Shown: positions 26,371 through 36,094, counted from the stretch's first letter. The stretch: 64,000 bases of DNA from Dehalococcoidia bacterium (GCA_965249275.1 CBDFLQ010000005.1:195030-259029), one strand, 5' to 3'. The notes: generated from the letters alone by a model not told the origin. Numbers and translations are program-made.

Positions 26371-27204
26371 CTACGGCCTCCACGCCTCTGGGATGGGACC
26401 GTTGGGCGGGTAATTGCCCTCTTCGTCGTGAGTTTCGCCCCCGACAAGGGGCGGGTTGAAGACGCTGAGCAAGTACGTATCGGTGAACTTCACGGTCTGG
26501 TGTCGGTCCTTGGGCCCGACGAAGTACATGGTGCCGGGGGCCAGGTCCCACTTCTCGCCGGTGGTCAGGTCTTCCACCGTCCCTTCGCCTTCCAGGATGT
26601 AGTTCGCCTCCACATGGTTCTTGTACCAGAGGACGATACCCTTGCCCGCAGGGGAGCGGGGTGTCGACATGGTGAAACCGCAACCGTCCTCCTGGGTGAG
26701 GTAGCGGTAGGCCGTGGACTTGCCGTGGCTGATACCGACTACCCTGGTGTCCTCCAGGCGCTTCACGAACATAGTCCGCCCATTCTCTCCCTGCCATTCG
26801 GGTGGGATTTCGCCGGTGGGCGGGTAGGAGCCGTCCGCGTCGTGCCGCTCGGTGCCGAGGGTCGCGGGGTTGAAAACGCTGACGATGTGGATGTCGCTCT
26901 TGGCGGTGATCCGGTGCCGGTCCTTGGGCCCGACCACATACAAACCTCCGCCGCTCACGTCCCAACTGTTGCCGTTGTTGAGGTCTTCCACCTTCAAGTC
27001 GCCACTGACCACCAGGTTCCCCTCGACGTGGTTCTTGTACCAGAGGTCGATTGACCATCCCTCCGATAGCCGAACGTCCGACATTGAGAAGCCGCAAGCG
27101 TCGGCCTTGGTGACCAGGCGCCTGGACTGCAATCTCTTGTTGCCGTCGACGCGCACCATCTCCTTGTCCGTGCCGGCGAGCTCCTCCAACGTTCTTACGA
27201 ACAT
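26371..27204 (-). CDS. fused di-EctC protein, tandem copy 3
   Basis: 277 aa, collinear with the other copies, with an SD-like GGAGGTG upstream. Confidence 0.8.
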   Translation of the reverse strand: MFVRTLEELAGTDKEMVRVDGNKRLQSRRLVTKADACGFSMSDVRLSEGWSIDLWYKNHVEGNLVVSGDLKVEDLNNGNSWDVSGGGLYVVGPKDRHRITAKSDIHIVSVFNPATLGTERHDADGSYPPTGEIPPEWQGENGRTMFVKRLEDTRVVGISHGKSTAYRYLTQEDGCGFTMSTPRSPAGKGIVLWYKNHVEANYILEGEGTVEDLTTGEKWDLAPGTMYFVGPKDRHQTVKFTDTYLLSVFNPPLVGGETHDEEGNYPPNGPIPEAWRP

Positions 27205-27295
27205 AACTTCACCTCCAGATCCTTTTCATATATACGGGTCTCGGGGGACAGTCTAACTTAAACCGAGAAAGCGGACACTCACCATTGCCGGCTCT

Positions 27296-28129
27296 CTACG
27301 GCCTCCAGGCCTCAGGGATGGGGCCGGTGGGGGGGTAGCCGCCCTGGTCATCGTGGGTCTCATTGCCGACGAGGGGCGGGTTGAATACGCTCACCAGCGC
27401 GAAGGCCGTGTTGAAGGACATCAAGTGCCTATCCTTCGGGCCAACGAAGTACATCGATCCGGGAGCCAGGGCCCACTTTTCCCCCGTGTTCAGGTCATCG
27501 ACGGAACCCTGGCCCTCCAGAACGTAGTTGGCCTCGACGTGGTTCTGGTACCACAACTCCTTCCCGTGGCCCTCCGAGGAACGGGGGTTAGAGATGGTGA
27601 AGCCGCAGCCGTCGGCCTGGGTGATGTAGCGGAAGGCTTGGGCACCCGTGCCCCGGACGCCGACGGCCTGGGCATCGGACTGTCTCTTCACGATCATGCT
27701 GCGGCCCGACTCACCAGCCCAGGCAGGTGGAACTTCACCGGTTGGGGGATAAGCGCCGTCTTCGTCAGGGGTCTCATCGCCTTTGAGCGCTGGGTTGAAA
27801 ACCGTGACGGCGTGCAATTCGGTCTTGGTCGAGACGTGATGCTTGTCCTTCGGCCCGACCACGTACAAGTCCCACGCCCCGACCTCCCAGCTCTTGCCGG
27901 TGGCGTACTCCGTAACCGTGGCACTGCCGGAGACTATGAGGCTTGCCTCCACATGGTTCTTGTAGTGACAGTCGATCTCCCAGCCAGCGGAGAGGGTGAC
28001 GTCGGCGAGGGAAAAGCCGGCGCCGTCATCCCTGGTTACTAATCGGACGGCCTTAAGCCACAGGTCTCCATCCTGCCATTTGACTTCCTTGTCGGTGCCT
28101 GCGAGATGGTCAAGGGTTCTTACAAACAT
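27296..28129 (-). CDS. fused di-EctC protein, tandem copy 2
   Basis: 277 aa, same two-cupin layout (HYKNHVEASLIV...; WYQNHVEANYVLEG...). Confidence 0.8.
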   Translation of the reverse strand: MFVRTLDHLAGTDKEVKWQDGDLWLKAVRLVTRDDGAGFSLADVTLSAGWEIDCHYKNHVEASLIVSGSATVTEYATGKSWEVGAWDLYVVGPKDKHHVSTKTELHAVTVFNPALKGDETPDEDGAYPPTGEVPPAWAGESGRSMIVKRQSDAQAVGVRGTGAQAFRYITQADGCGFTISNPRSSEGHGKELWYQNHVEANYVLEGQGSVDDLNTGEKWALAPGSMYFVGPKDRHLMSFNTAFALVSVFNPPLVGNETHDDQGGYPPTGPIPEAWRP

Positions 28130-28192
28130 GTCGGGTGTCCTCCGGCAGATATTTCGTATAAGGGGATAAAGACTAGTCCGGCCTCAACTCTC

Positions 28193-29035
28193 TCATGCGT
28201 ACCTAGGTATCCACGCCTCGGGGATGGGGCCGGTGGGCGGGTAGCCGCCCTGGTCATCGTGGGTCTCATTGCCGACGAGGGGCGGGTTGAATACGCTTAA
28301 CAGGTAGAAGCCGGTGGTGGTGTTAACCTGGTGCCTGTCCCTGGGGCCCACAAAGTACATGGACCCGGGGAACAGGTCCCATTTCTCGCCAGTGGTCAGG
28401 TCTTCGGCAGTCCCCTCGCCCTCAATTACATAGTTAGCTTCCACGTGGTTCTTGTAATGGAGCACGATGCCGTCTCCCGCAGGAGAGCGGGGGGTGGAAA
28501 TGGTGAAGCCGCATTCATCTGCCTGGGTGAGGTAGCGATAGGCCTTGGCAGCGCCATGGCTAACGCTGACTTCACGGGTGTCCGCAAGTCTCTTGAGGAA
28601 CATCGTCCCTCCCGAATCACCGGCCCATGCGGGTGGGACCTCGCCCGTCGGTGGGTATGCGCCGTCCTCATCGGGTTTTTCGTTGCCGATAAGCGCGGGG
28701 TTAAATACGGTGACGGCGCGCATCTCGGTTTTAGTTGACACGTGGTGCTTGTCCTTCGGCCCGACCACATACAAGTCCCCCGGGCCCACGTCCCAGCTTT
28801 TGCCGGTGGCATATTCCGTTAGCGTCGCGTTGCCGGAAATGATGAAGCTGGCTTCGATGTGGTGCTTGTAGTGGCAGTCTATCTCCCATCCTGCAGAAAG
28901 CCGGACGTCGGCGAGGGAGAAGCCGACAAGGTCGCTCTTGGTCACAAGCCGCGCGGCTCTGAGCCACAGGTCTCCGTCCTGCCATCTGCCTTCTTTGTCG
29001 GTACCTGCGAGTTGGTCAACGGTTCTTACGAACAT
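28193..29035 (-). CDS. fused di-EctC protein, tandem copy 1
   Basis: 280 aa, same layout, with a slightly extended C-terminus. Confidence 0.8.
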   Translation of the reverse strand: MFVRTVDQLAGTDKEGRWQDGDLWLRAARLVTKSDLVGFSLADVRLSAGWEIDCHYKHHIEASFIISGNATLTEYATGKSWDVGPGDLYVVGPKDKHHVSTKTEMRAVTVFNPALIGNEKPDEDGAYPPTGEVPPAWAGDSGGTMFLKRLADTREVSVSHGAAKAYRYLTQADECGFTISTPRSPAGDGIVLHYKNHVEANYVIEGEGTAEDLTTGEKWDLFPGSMYFVGPRDRHQVNTTTGFYLLSVFNPPLVGNETHDDQGGYPPTGPIPEAWIPRYA

Positions 29036-29164
29036 AGGGTCACCTCCGGTTTGATTTTTCGTGTGGTATGGGTCTGCCGTGAGTCGTTCAATTTAAAGCG
29101 ATGATTCGGGTCGGGAAACTATATTAAGAAATATCCTCACTCACTATTCTGTCTCTAAGTTGCA

Positions 29165-30337
29165 TCAGCCTTGACTAAACATTTGCTCTAAAACCCACGG
29201 ATTTGCAGAATCCATTAGTAGTTTATCTATTCTCAAACGGTCTTCTTTGTGTAGCAATTGAAGTGAATCAGGTGACATTGCAGCAACGCCAGAGGTTTCG
29301 CGCATCAACCTTTCCATGAAGCATACTCCAGAGGCATCCTCGGGCATTGATATCATTTCACTATAGCGAAGTGCTTCCAGCAGATCACTAAAATGCTTTG
29401 ATCCTTTGGTCCAAGAAACTACACTGATTTTGTGCAAATTGTCTTGCCCGGGCAACACGGTTACTGAGACATCCTGCTTATAAGTGAGGGAAGCAGCAAA
29501 ATGCAGCGTTGATCGAAAGGACTGTACACATTTGTCGGCAATGGGTAACGGGCGGTCTCCATAAGAGCTTTTCTTATACCAACTGATTCCCAGTCTTTTA
29601 GCAAGTTCATTTAAGCTTCTCTTTGTATTGAAGAACCTCCTCTTGTAGGTTATCCATACTGTGCGCGCCGCTCGGTTTTGGTGCCTCATTGTCATTCTGT
29701 CCCAGTGGTTTAGGAATGATTCACCTTGAGGAATTAATGCTGTATCGTACAGAACAGCGCGATATCCAGCTAGGAAACTGACACTATGGTCTGCGAAATC
29801 CAAGTCTTGGAGGTCTATCCTGTTGAACTGTTGATCATGTTGCTTACAAGCAAAAGTGCCAGTGCATGCTTTGTCTATACCGATTGGCTGTGGTTCAAAT
29901 ACGGATGGATTTGACAAGTCTATCGGATGCTCCGGACTACTCTGCATGAATAGGTGAGTCCAGTTTTGAGGACTCCAGTTGAATTCCAGTACCTTGCCAG
30001 AAATGTCTTTGAATAATCCCAGGACATTTCGTTTCGAGATGGCGTGACAGTTAACCGCCGGTTCAGAACAGAGTTTTCCATCCTCGTTAATCACGAACAA
30101 GCAATGACCACGATAATTCTGAAATGAGCTTCTTAATTGACCGAACCTTTTTGCTGCAACAGGTTTCTTATCCTTAGGTACGTATGTATCTCTTCTTTTG
30201 TTTAGTCCCAATTCCCTGCTGTGCCTACTTTCTTGGCGGTTTATCTCTGATCCTTTATTGGAACCCTGTTTTTCATTTTTTCGAGATGAATCCTCATATA
30301 CCAGCCATGAAAGGCTGGATGTGTTGTGCCGTCCCAT
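29165..30337 (-). CDS. hypothetical protein, low-GC orphan
   Basis: 390-aa ORF in a clearly AT-richer ~1.3-kb block. The ATG overlaps the upstream stop as TAATG. Lys/Arg/Ser-rich N-terminus and scattered Cys/His motifs (AVNCHAISKR, CTGTFACKQHDQQF). No family recognised. Confidence 0.5.
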   Translation of the reverse strand: MGRHNTSSLSWLVYEDSSRKNEKQGSNKGSEINRQESRHSRELGLNKRRDTYVPKDKKPVAAKRFGQLRSSFQNYRGHCLFVINEDGKLCSEPAVNCHAISKRNVLGLFKDISGKVLEFNWSPQNWTHLFMQSSPEHPIDLSNPSVFEPQPIGIDKACTGTFACKQHDQQFNRIDLQDLDFADHSVSFLAGYRAVLYDTALIPQGESFLNHWDRMTMRHQNRAARTVWITYKRRFFNTKRSLNELAKRLGISWYKKSSYGDRPLPIADKCVQSFRSTLHFAASLTYKQDVSVTVLPGQDNLHKISVVSWTKGSKHFSDLLEALRYSEMISMPEDASGVCFMERLMRETSGVAAMSPDSLQLLHKEDRLRIDKLLMDSANPWVLEQMFSQG

Positions 30338-31536
30338 TAAGTGTCCTTGCTCAAAAACTCCAACGGCAGCTTGGACAGCAGTTCCAGCCCCGACTCCGTC
30401 ATGACGAAAGTGTCAATGAGCCCCGCGGACCGGGCATCCTTGCCCCGAGAAAATATCTCGTAGTTGGTGACAAATCCCGGCTGCATCGGCTCGTCGACGA
30501 ACCCGCCACCCACGACACGCGTGTGCCCCACCCAGTCGGGTGGCAAAGAGAGGCCAACATCGTAGCCTCCGCGGTCCACCTCACCGGCCAGCCCTAAGGA
30601 TGCGAGATATTCATCAATGTTCTTGCCGATAGCCGTGGGCGGGTCGCCGGGCTTGACCCGATCCTGGACGTAGGGGATGCTCTCCGCGAGGGCCTTCATG
30701 CGCTCGCTAGCCTTCTCGGTGGGCTCACCGAGACAAAAGAAGCGGCAAAGGTCGGCGTGGTAGCGATTGTAGACGCCACACACGTCGGCAAAGATAGTCT
30801 CCCCAGCCTCCAGGCGCATCCGGGTGGTGGGCTTGTGGGGCATACGGAACCCCTCCTTGCTGACGACGCATCGGATGGCGGTTTCCTCGCCGCCGGCCTT
30901 GGCCATGGCGTACTGCATAGCGCCGTTGACCTCAAGCTCTGTAATACCGGGGGCGGCGGCTTCCAGCCCCGCCATGATTCCGATGTCGGCGATCTCGGCA
31001 GCCTTCCTCACACAGGCGACCTCCAGCGGCGACTTGGTGAGTCCCACGGTATCTACAATCCATGACCCGTCGACAACACGAGCCCCGGCTCCCGACATGC
31101 GCTCCTCCATAGCCTGCATCATCGCAGGCGAGGGTGCGTAGGCCCACTTTTCAATGCCGACGCAGCCGCCGAGCAGGCCTCGGTCTTTCATGGAGTCGAT
31201 GACCGTTCCCAGCTGTGGCCCCATCGGGTGGAATGGGAAGGTAGCGTAGAAGACGGCCTCGTCGATGTAGCAGAAGTCGTTGACCATGCGCTCGTGGTAG
31301 GAGTCAAAGAAGAGAACCTTCTCGGAGTCGGCCCGGATGACGAGCCCCGTGGGCGAGGCATGGTAGAACCAGATTATGTCGAAACCCGTGAGGTAGGTGA
31401 TGTTCCTGGGCGAGCTGACGTAGAGGACGTCGATCCCGCGGTCAACCATTCTCTGGCGCACCTTGGCTCGGCGGGCGTCATATTCGTCGTTGGGAAACAC
31501 GGCCCCAAAGGTCCTTTCGTTGGGCAAGTCAGTCAT
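30337..31536 (-). CDS. M24-family metallohydrolase with creatinase-type N-domain (creatinase / Xaa-Pro peptidase / DoeA-like)
   Basis: 399-aa ORF. N-domain ...RRAKVRQRMVDRGIDVLYVSSPRNITYLTGFD; pita-bread domain with FADVCGVYNRYHADLCR and later acidic ligand positions. Confidence 0.75.
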   Translation of the reverse strand: MTDLPNERTFGAVFPNDEYDARRAKVRQRMVDRGIDVLYVSSPRNITYLTGFDIIWFYHASPTGLVIRADSEKVLFFDSYHERMVNDFCYIDEAVFYATFPFHPMGPQLGTVIDSMKDRGLLGGCVGIEKWAYAPSPAMMQAMEERMSGAGARVVDGSWIVDTVGLTKSPLEVACVRKAAEIADIGIMAGLEAAAPGITELEVNGAMQYAMAKAGGEETAIRCVVSKEGFRMPHKPTTRMRLEAGETIFADVCGVYNRYHADLCRFFCLGEPTEKASERMKALAESIPYVQDRVKPGDPPTAIGKNIDEYLASLGLAGEVDRGGYDVGLSLPPDWVGHTRVVGGGFVDEPMQPGFVTNYEIFSRGKDARSAGLIDTFVMTESGLELLSKLPLEFLSKDT

Positions 31537-31691
31537 TGTCGTCTCCTTATTAACTCACTTTGATGGCACTGGGTTATTCGAAGAATTCAAGAGAGTCTTC
31601 GAGGCTAACCAGGGTTAGGCCTCAGGCGAAAGAGAGCAAGGAATCATGGAACTTACAATACCGTCAGCCGACCGCGCGGGGCAAGGGGGAG

Positions 31692-34283
31692 ATGGCGCAG
31701 TGGCAGTGTTATCATTGTGCAGATGCTAAGGGATTCGCGAAAATGAACGAAGCTACAGCACGGATAAAGATCAACGGACTGCTTGAGAAGGCAGCTTGGC
31801 GTTTCTTCCCTGAAGGGGATAACCCTGCCAACATTCAGCTTGAGCCGGGAGTCGCGCTCAAGCCATCCGACCTGGACCAAATTGGGAATGATTTTGAGAA
31901 AACAGAGAAGGGATTCATAGATTACCTTCTTCTGGATGAGCGTGGATTCCCCCTCGTTGTGCTCGAAGCCAAGTCAGAAAAGTTGCAGCCGCTGGCCGGA
32001 AAGGAGCAGGCCCGGAGATATGCCCGCTCCAAGAACTGCCGCTTCGTCATCCTATCCAATGGCATCCTGCACTATTTCTGGGACTTGGAGCGGGGCAATC
32101 CCTACATAATCACCAAGTTCCCAAAGCCGGAGTCGGTTGCTGGGTACAGTAAGGTTAATCCCGACCCAAAGCGATTGATTGCCGAAAAGGTAGATGCCGA
32201 CTACATCGTTCTCAGCCAGCGGCCCAACTACCTTTCCGAGGCAGCGTGGAAGAACGAGGCCGAGCGACAAAACTTCATTAGCTCCAACAAGCTTCGCTTT
32301 CTCCGAGACTATCAGTCGAGGGCCGTCCATGCCCTTCAACGGGCCGTTAAGGACGGTAATGACCGCTTTCTGTTCGAAATGGCAACTGGCACCGGGAAGA
32401 CGCTTACCGCCGCGGCCGTCATAAAGCTGTTCCTCCGCTCGGGCAATGCATACCGGGTCCTGTTCTTGGTGGACCGCCTTGAACTCGAGGTGCAGGCCCA
32501 TAAGGTCTTCACTGACCTCCTATCGGCCGATTTCCAAACCGCCATATACAAGGAGAGGCGCGACGACTGGCGTTCGGCTGAGATCGTGGTCACCACCGTC
32601 CAATCCCTGCAATTCAACAACAAGTACCAGGCCCTCTTCTCTCCCACCGACTTCGACCTCGTGATTTCCGACGAAGCCCACCGCTCCATCAGCGGCAACG
32701 CGCGAGGGGTGTTTGACTACTTCGTCGGCTATAAGCTTGGCCTCACTGCGACGCCCAAAGACTACTTGCGAGGATCCGACAAGACCGGTCCCAACGTCCG
32801 TGACCCGCGCGAGGTGGAGCGGAGGCTGCTGCTGGACACCTACCGCACATTCGGATGCGAAAGCGGTCAGCCAACCTTCAGGTACTCACTTCTTGATGGA
32901 GTCAAGGACGGATACCTCATCAACCCCACCGTAATAGACGCTCGGACCGAGGTGACTACACAACTCTTGGCAGAAGACGGCTTTGTAGTTTCTTCCACCG
33001 ATGATACCGGCGAAGAGCATGAAGAGACTTTCAAGCAGCGGGAGTTCGAGAAGCGGTTCTTCTCCGATGCGACTAACCAACTATTCTGCAAGACGTTCTT
33101 GGAGAACGCACTAAAAGACCCGGTAAGCGGAGAGATCGGCAAGTCCATCATCTTCGCTGTGAGCCAGAACCACGCCGCCCGACTCACTCAGACCCTGAAT
33201 GAGATCGCCGACGCCATGTTTCCGGGCAAATATCAGTCCGACTTCGCCGTTCAAGTCACCTCCCGAGTTCAGGACGCTCAGCAGTTCACAATCAATTTTG
33301 CCAACAACAATCTGATGGGCTCGGGCAACTTGCTGTCCTCATACCGCACCAGCAAGGCTCGGGTCTGCGTAACCGTCGGCATGATGACCACGGGCTACGA
33401 CTGCACGGATATCCTGAACCTTGGCATGTTCCGTCCCATCTTCTCCCCCACCGACTTCGTACAGATCAAGGGGCGGGGAACACGTAAGCATAACTTTCTT
33501 GAGCATCTGCATGATCCCGACGCCGCAGATGCCGTCGCCGACCCCGAAAAGACCACTTTCAAGCTCTTTGACTTCTTTGCCAACTGCGAATACTTCGAGA
33601 CCGAGTTTAACTACGACCAGGTAATCCAGTTGCCGCGGCCTCAACCTCGCAGTGACGGGGGTGGAAACGGAGGGGACGACCCGCCCCCGACGATCTTCAG
33701 TGGCTACGAGCATATGGGCGAGGACATCCTAAAGGAAATCAAGGAAGTGCAAATCGGGTCTGAGGGCATGAAAATCGACCGCATGTTTTTTGACCGGTTC
33801 GCGGACGCCGTCAAATCGGACGACGCTGTCAAAGAAGCAATCGAGGCCGGCCAGTGGGACCGGGTCATCGACTACGTGAACCGGGAGGTCTTTGACAAGC
33901 CCGAGGAATACTACTCCCTGGAAAAGCTCCGTAGAGCCGCTTCCGTCGACCGCCGCCTCAGCCTGCGGGAAATTCTTGAAAAGGTCTTCGACCTCATTCC
34001 CGCCTTCAAGTCCAAAGACGAACTGTTGGAAGAGGAGTTCAACAAGTTCGTTGCCGACCACAAGCCTGACCGCTCCGCTTCCATTCTCGCCATCAAGACC
34101 TTCTTCAAGGCGTATATCACCAACGGGATCACCCGAGAGGCTGTTGACAATAAGGAGTTCAACTGCCTGGCTACCAACGCCGCGTTTACTATGAAAGACT
34201 ATAGGGCGGTCCCCGAAAAATACCAGGAGCTCGTTCCAGAATACATCAAGGACTACGTCCCACTGAACCAGTTCGCAGCGTAA
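31692..34283 (+). CDS. hsdR: Type I restriction enzyme R subunit
   Basis: N-terminal nuclease domain (IDYLLLDERGFPLVVLEAKSE), SF2 helicase motifs (FEMATGTGKT, VISDEAHRS, QIKGRGTR) and a long C-terminal helical domain. The start is uncertain: ATG at 31692, 31743 or the track start 31560. Confidence 0.85.
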   Translation: MAQWQCYHCADAKGFAKMNEATARIKINGLLEKAAWRFFPEGDNPANIQLEPGVALKPSDLDQIGNDFEKTEKGFIDYLLLDERGFPLVVLEAKSEKLQPLAGKEQARRYARSKNCRFVILSNGILHYFWDLERGNPYIITKFPKPESVAGYSKVNPDPKRLIAEKVDADYIVLSQRPNYLSEAAWKNEAERQNFISSNKLRFLRDYQSRAVHALQRAVKDGNDRFLFEMATGTGKTLTAAAVIKLFLRSGNAYRVLFLVDRLELEVQAHKVFTDLLSADFQTAIYKERRDDWRSAEIVVTTVQSLQFNNKYQALFSPTDFDLVISDEAHRSISGNARGVFDYFVGYKLGLTATPKDYLRGSDKTGPNVRDPREVERRLLLDTYRTFGCESGQPTFRYSLLDGVKDGYLINPTVIDARTEVTTQLLAEDGFVVSSTDDTGEEHEETFKQREFEKRFFSDATNQLFCKTFLENALKDPVSGEIGKSIIFAVSQNHAARLTQTLNEIADAMFPGKYQSDFAVQVTSRVQDAQQFTINFANNNLMGSGNLLSSYRTSKARVCVTVGMMTTGYDCTDILNLGMFRPIFSPTDFVQIKGRGTRKHNFLEHLHDPDAADAVADPEKTTFKLFDFFANCEYFETEFNYDQVIQLPRPQPRSDGGGNGGDDPPPTIFSGYEHMGEDILKEIKEVQIGSEGMKIDRMFFDRFADAVKSDDAVKEAIEAGQWDRVIDYVNREVFDKPEEYYSLEKLRRAASVDRRLSLREILEKVFDLIPAFKSKDELLEEEFNKFVADHKPDRSASILAIKTFFKAYITNGITREAVDNKEFNCLATNAAFTMKDYRAVPEKYQELVPEYIKDYVPLNQFAA

Positions 34284-34291
34284 ACCAGGTC

Positions 34292-36094
34292 ATGCTGGAC
34301 TCAGACACCAAACGCCGCATAGATACGGCCCGGGACATCCTGGTGGGCAAGGTGCCCGACCCCAAGAGCCAGGTCGAGCAGATCACCATTGCCCTCATCT
34401 ATAAGTTCATGGACGACATGGACGCCGAAAGCGAAGAGCTGGGCGGCAAGCGGACATTCTTCGCCGACGGGTTCGCAAGGTACGGCTGGGCCAAGCTCAT
34501 GAGCCCCGGCATCGGAGGGCACGAGACGCTGAACCTCTACGCCGAGGCCATAACCAAGATGCCGGAGAACCCCGGCATTCCCCAACTCTTCCGGGAGATC
34601 TTCAACAACGCTTATCTTCCCTACCGGGACCCCGAGACCCTACGCTCCTTCCTGAAAGTTATTGACGGGTTCAGCTATGACCACTCGGAGCGGTTGGGCG
34701 ACGCATTCGAGTATCTCCTCTCCGTCCTGGGCGCCCAGGGCGATGCCGGGCAGTTCCGCACCCCGCGCCACATCATAGACTTCATGGTCTCCGTCATAGA
34801 CCCGAAGAAGGATGAAGTGGTGCTGGACCCCGCCTGCGGCACCGCCGGCTTCCTCATCTCATCATACAAGCACATCCTGGTCTCCAACACCGGCGAAGAC
34901 GGCAGCAGCACGCTAACTCCCGACGACAGGGGCCGGATGGCCTCCAACTTCAAGGGCTACGACATCTCTCCCGACATGGTGAGGCTATCCCTGGTAAACC
35001 TCTACCTCCACGGATTCGCCGCTCCCCAGATATACGAGTACGACACCCTGACCAGTGATGAGCGGTGGAACAAGTACGCCGACGTAATCCTTGCCAACCC
35101 GCCCTTCATGTCTCCGAAGGGCGGCATCAGGCCGCACAACCGCTTCTCCATCCAGTCAAAGCGCAGCGAAGTCCTGTTCGTGGACTACATGGCGGAGCAC
35201 CTAACCGCAAAGGGCAGGGCAGGCATCATAGTCCCCGAGGGGATAATATTCCAGAGTCAGAACGCCCACAAACGGCTGCGCAAGATGCTGTTGGAGACAT
35301 GCCTGGTGGCCGTAGTCTCCCTGCCGGCGGGCGTGTTCAAGCCTTACTCCGGGGTCAAGACCTCCATCCTGATACTCGATAAATCACTGGCGCGAAGGAC
35401 GGACAGCGTAGCCTTTTTCAAGGTGGAAAACGACGGCTTCGACCTCGGCGACCAGCGGCGTCCTATAGACGCGAACGACCTGCCACAGACGGCCCGTGCG
35501 GTCCGGGAATGGCTGGATGGCCTCCGGTCAGCGCAAGGGGCTATGGTGCGGGAAGAAAGCGCCGTCTACACAGCCGGGCCCGGCGAGCATGGCATGACCG
35601 ACCTGCAGGTCCTTATGGAGAGGGGGGCCGCTCTCTCGGCGAGCAAGGCGGAGATTGCCGCCGACGGGGAGTGCAATCTGAGCGGGCAGCGGTATCGAGA
35701 AAAGACTCTTCAGCATTTGTCAAAGTGGCCTATGGTGAAGGTCAGGAGCATCTGTAAAGAGATTCTCAGCGGAGGCACTCCGTCAACAAAAAACGAGGAT
35801 TTCTGGTCAGGTTCTATCCCTTGGATTACAAGCGCCGATATTGTGGATATCAAGACTGCCATTCCACGCAGGCATATAACCAAGGACGCTATTGCAACTA
35901 CGGCAACAAACCTGATTCCGAAGGGTAATGTGATAGTCGTTACGAGAGTCGGACTTGGGAAACTGTTCCGGAACAACTTTGACGTCTGCATAAGCCAGGA
36001 TTCTCAGGGGCTGATACTTAAGGACTTGGCTGATGCTGACTACCTCGTACATGTACTGCAAAGAGCTGTCGTGGCATTTAAAGAGCTAGGCTAA
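34292..36094 (+). CDS. hsdM: Type I N6-adenine DNA methyltransferase (HsdM) running without a stop into an HsdS target-recognition domain
   Basis: HsdM N-domain, AdoMet motif VLDPACGTAGF and catalytic NPPF (ILANPPFMSP). From ~35732 (MVKVRSICKEILSGGTPSTKNEDFWSGSIPWITSADI) the sequence is a typical HsdS TRD. Terminated by TAA 36092-36094. Confidence 0.85.
   Translation: MLDSDTKRRIDTARDILVGKVPDPKSQVEQITIALIYKFMDDMDAESEELGGKRTFFADGFARYGWAKLMSPGIGGHETLNLYAEAITKMPENPGIPQLFREIFNNAYLPYRDPETLRSFLKVIDGFSYDHSERLGDAFEYLLSVLGAQGDAGQFRTPRHIIDFMVSVIDPKKDEVVLDPACGTAGFLISSYKHILVSNTGEDGSSTLTPDDRGRMASNFKGYDISPDMVRLSLVNLYLHGFAAPQIYEYDTLTSDERWNKYADVILANPPFMSPKGGIRPHNRFSIQSKRSEVLFVDYMAEHLTAKGRAGIIVPEGIIFQSQNAHKRLRKMLLETCLVAVVSLPAGVFKPYSGVKTSILILDKSLARRTDSVAFFKVENDGFDLGDQRRPIDANDLPQTARAVREWLDGLRSAQGAMVREESAVYTAGPGEHGMTDLQVLMERGAALSASKAEIAADGECNLSGQRYREKTLQHLSKWPMVKVRSICKEILSGGTPSTKNEDFWSGSIPWITSADIVDIKTAIPRRHITKDAIATTATNLIPKGNVIVVTRVGLGKLFRNNFDVCISQDSQGLILKDLADADYLVHVLQRAVVAFKELG

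Noticed and set aside
36092-36094. TAA reassignment or programmed readthrough as an explanation for the two in-frame TAA codons (here and at 38813)
   Set aside because: TAA terminates ordinary genes in this window at positions matching expected protein ends, for example the alcohol dehydrogenase at 1293-1295 and hsdR. Both interrupted genes are defence or toxin genes that are often pseudogenised. Nonsense mutation is the simpler explanation, though it was not tested.
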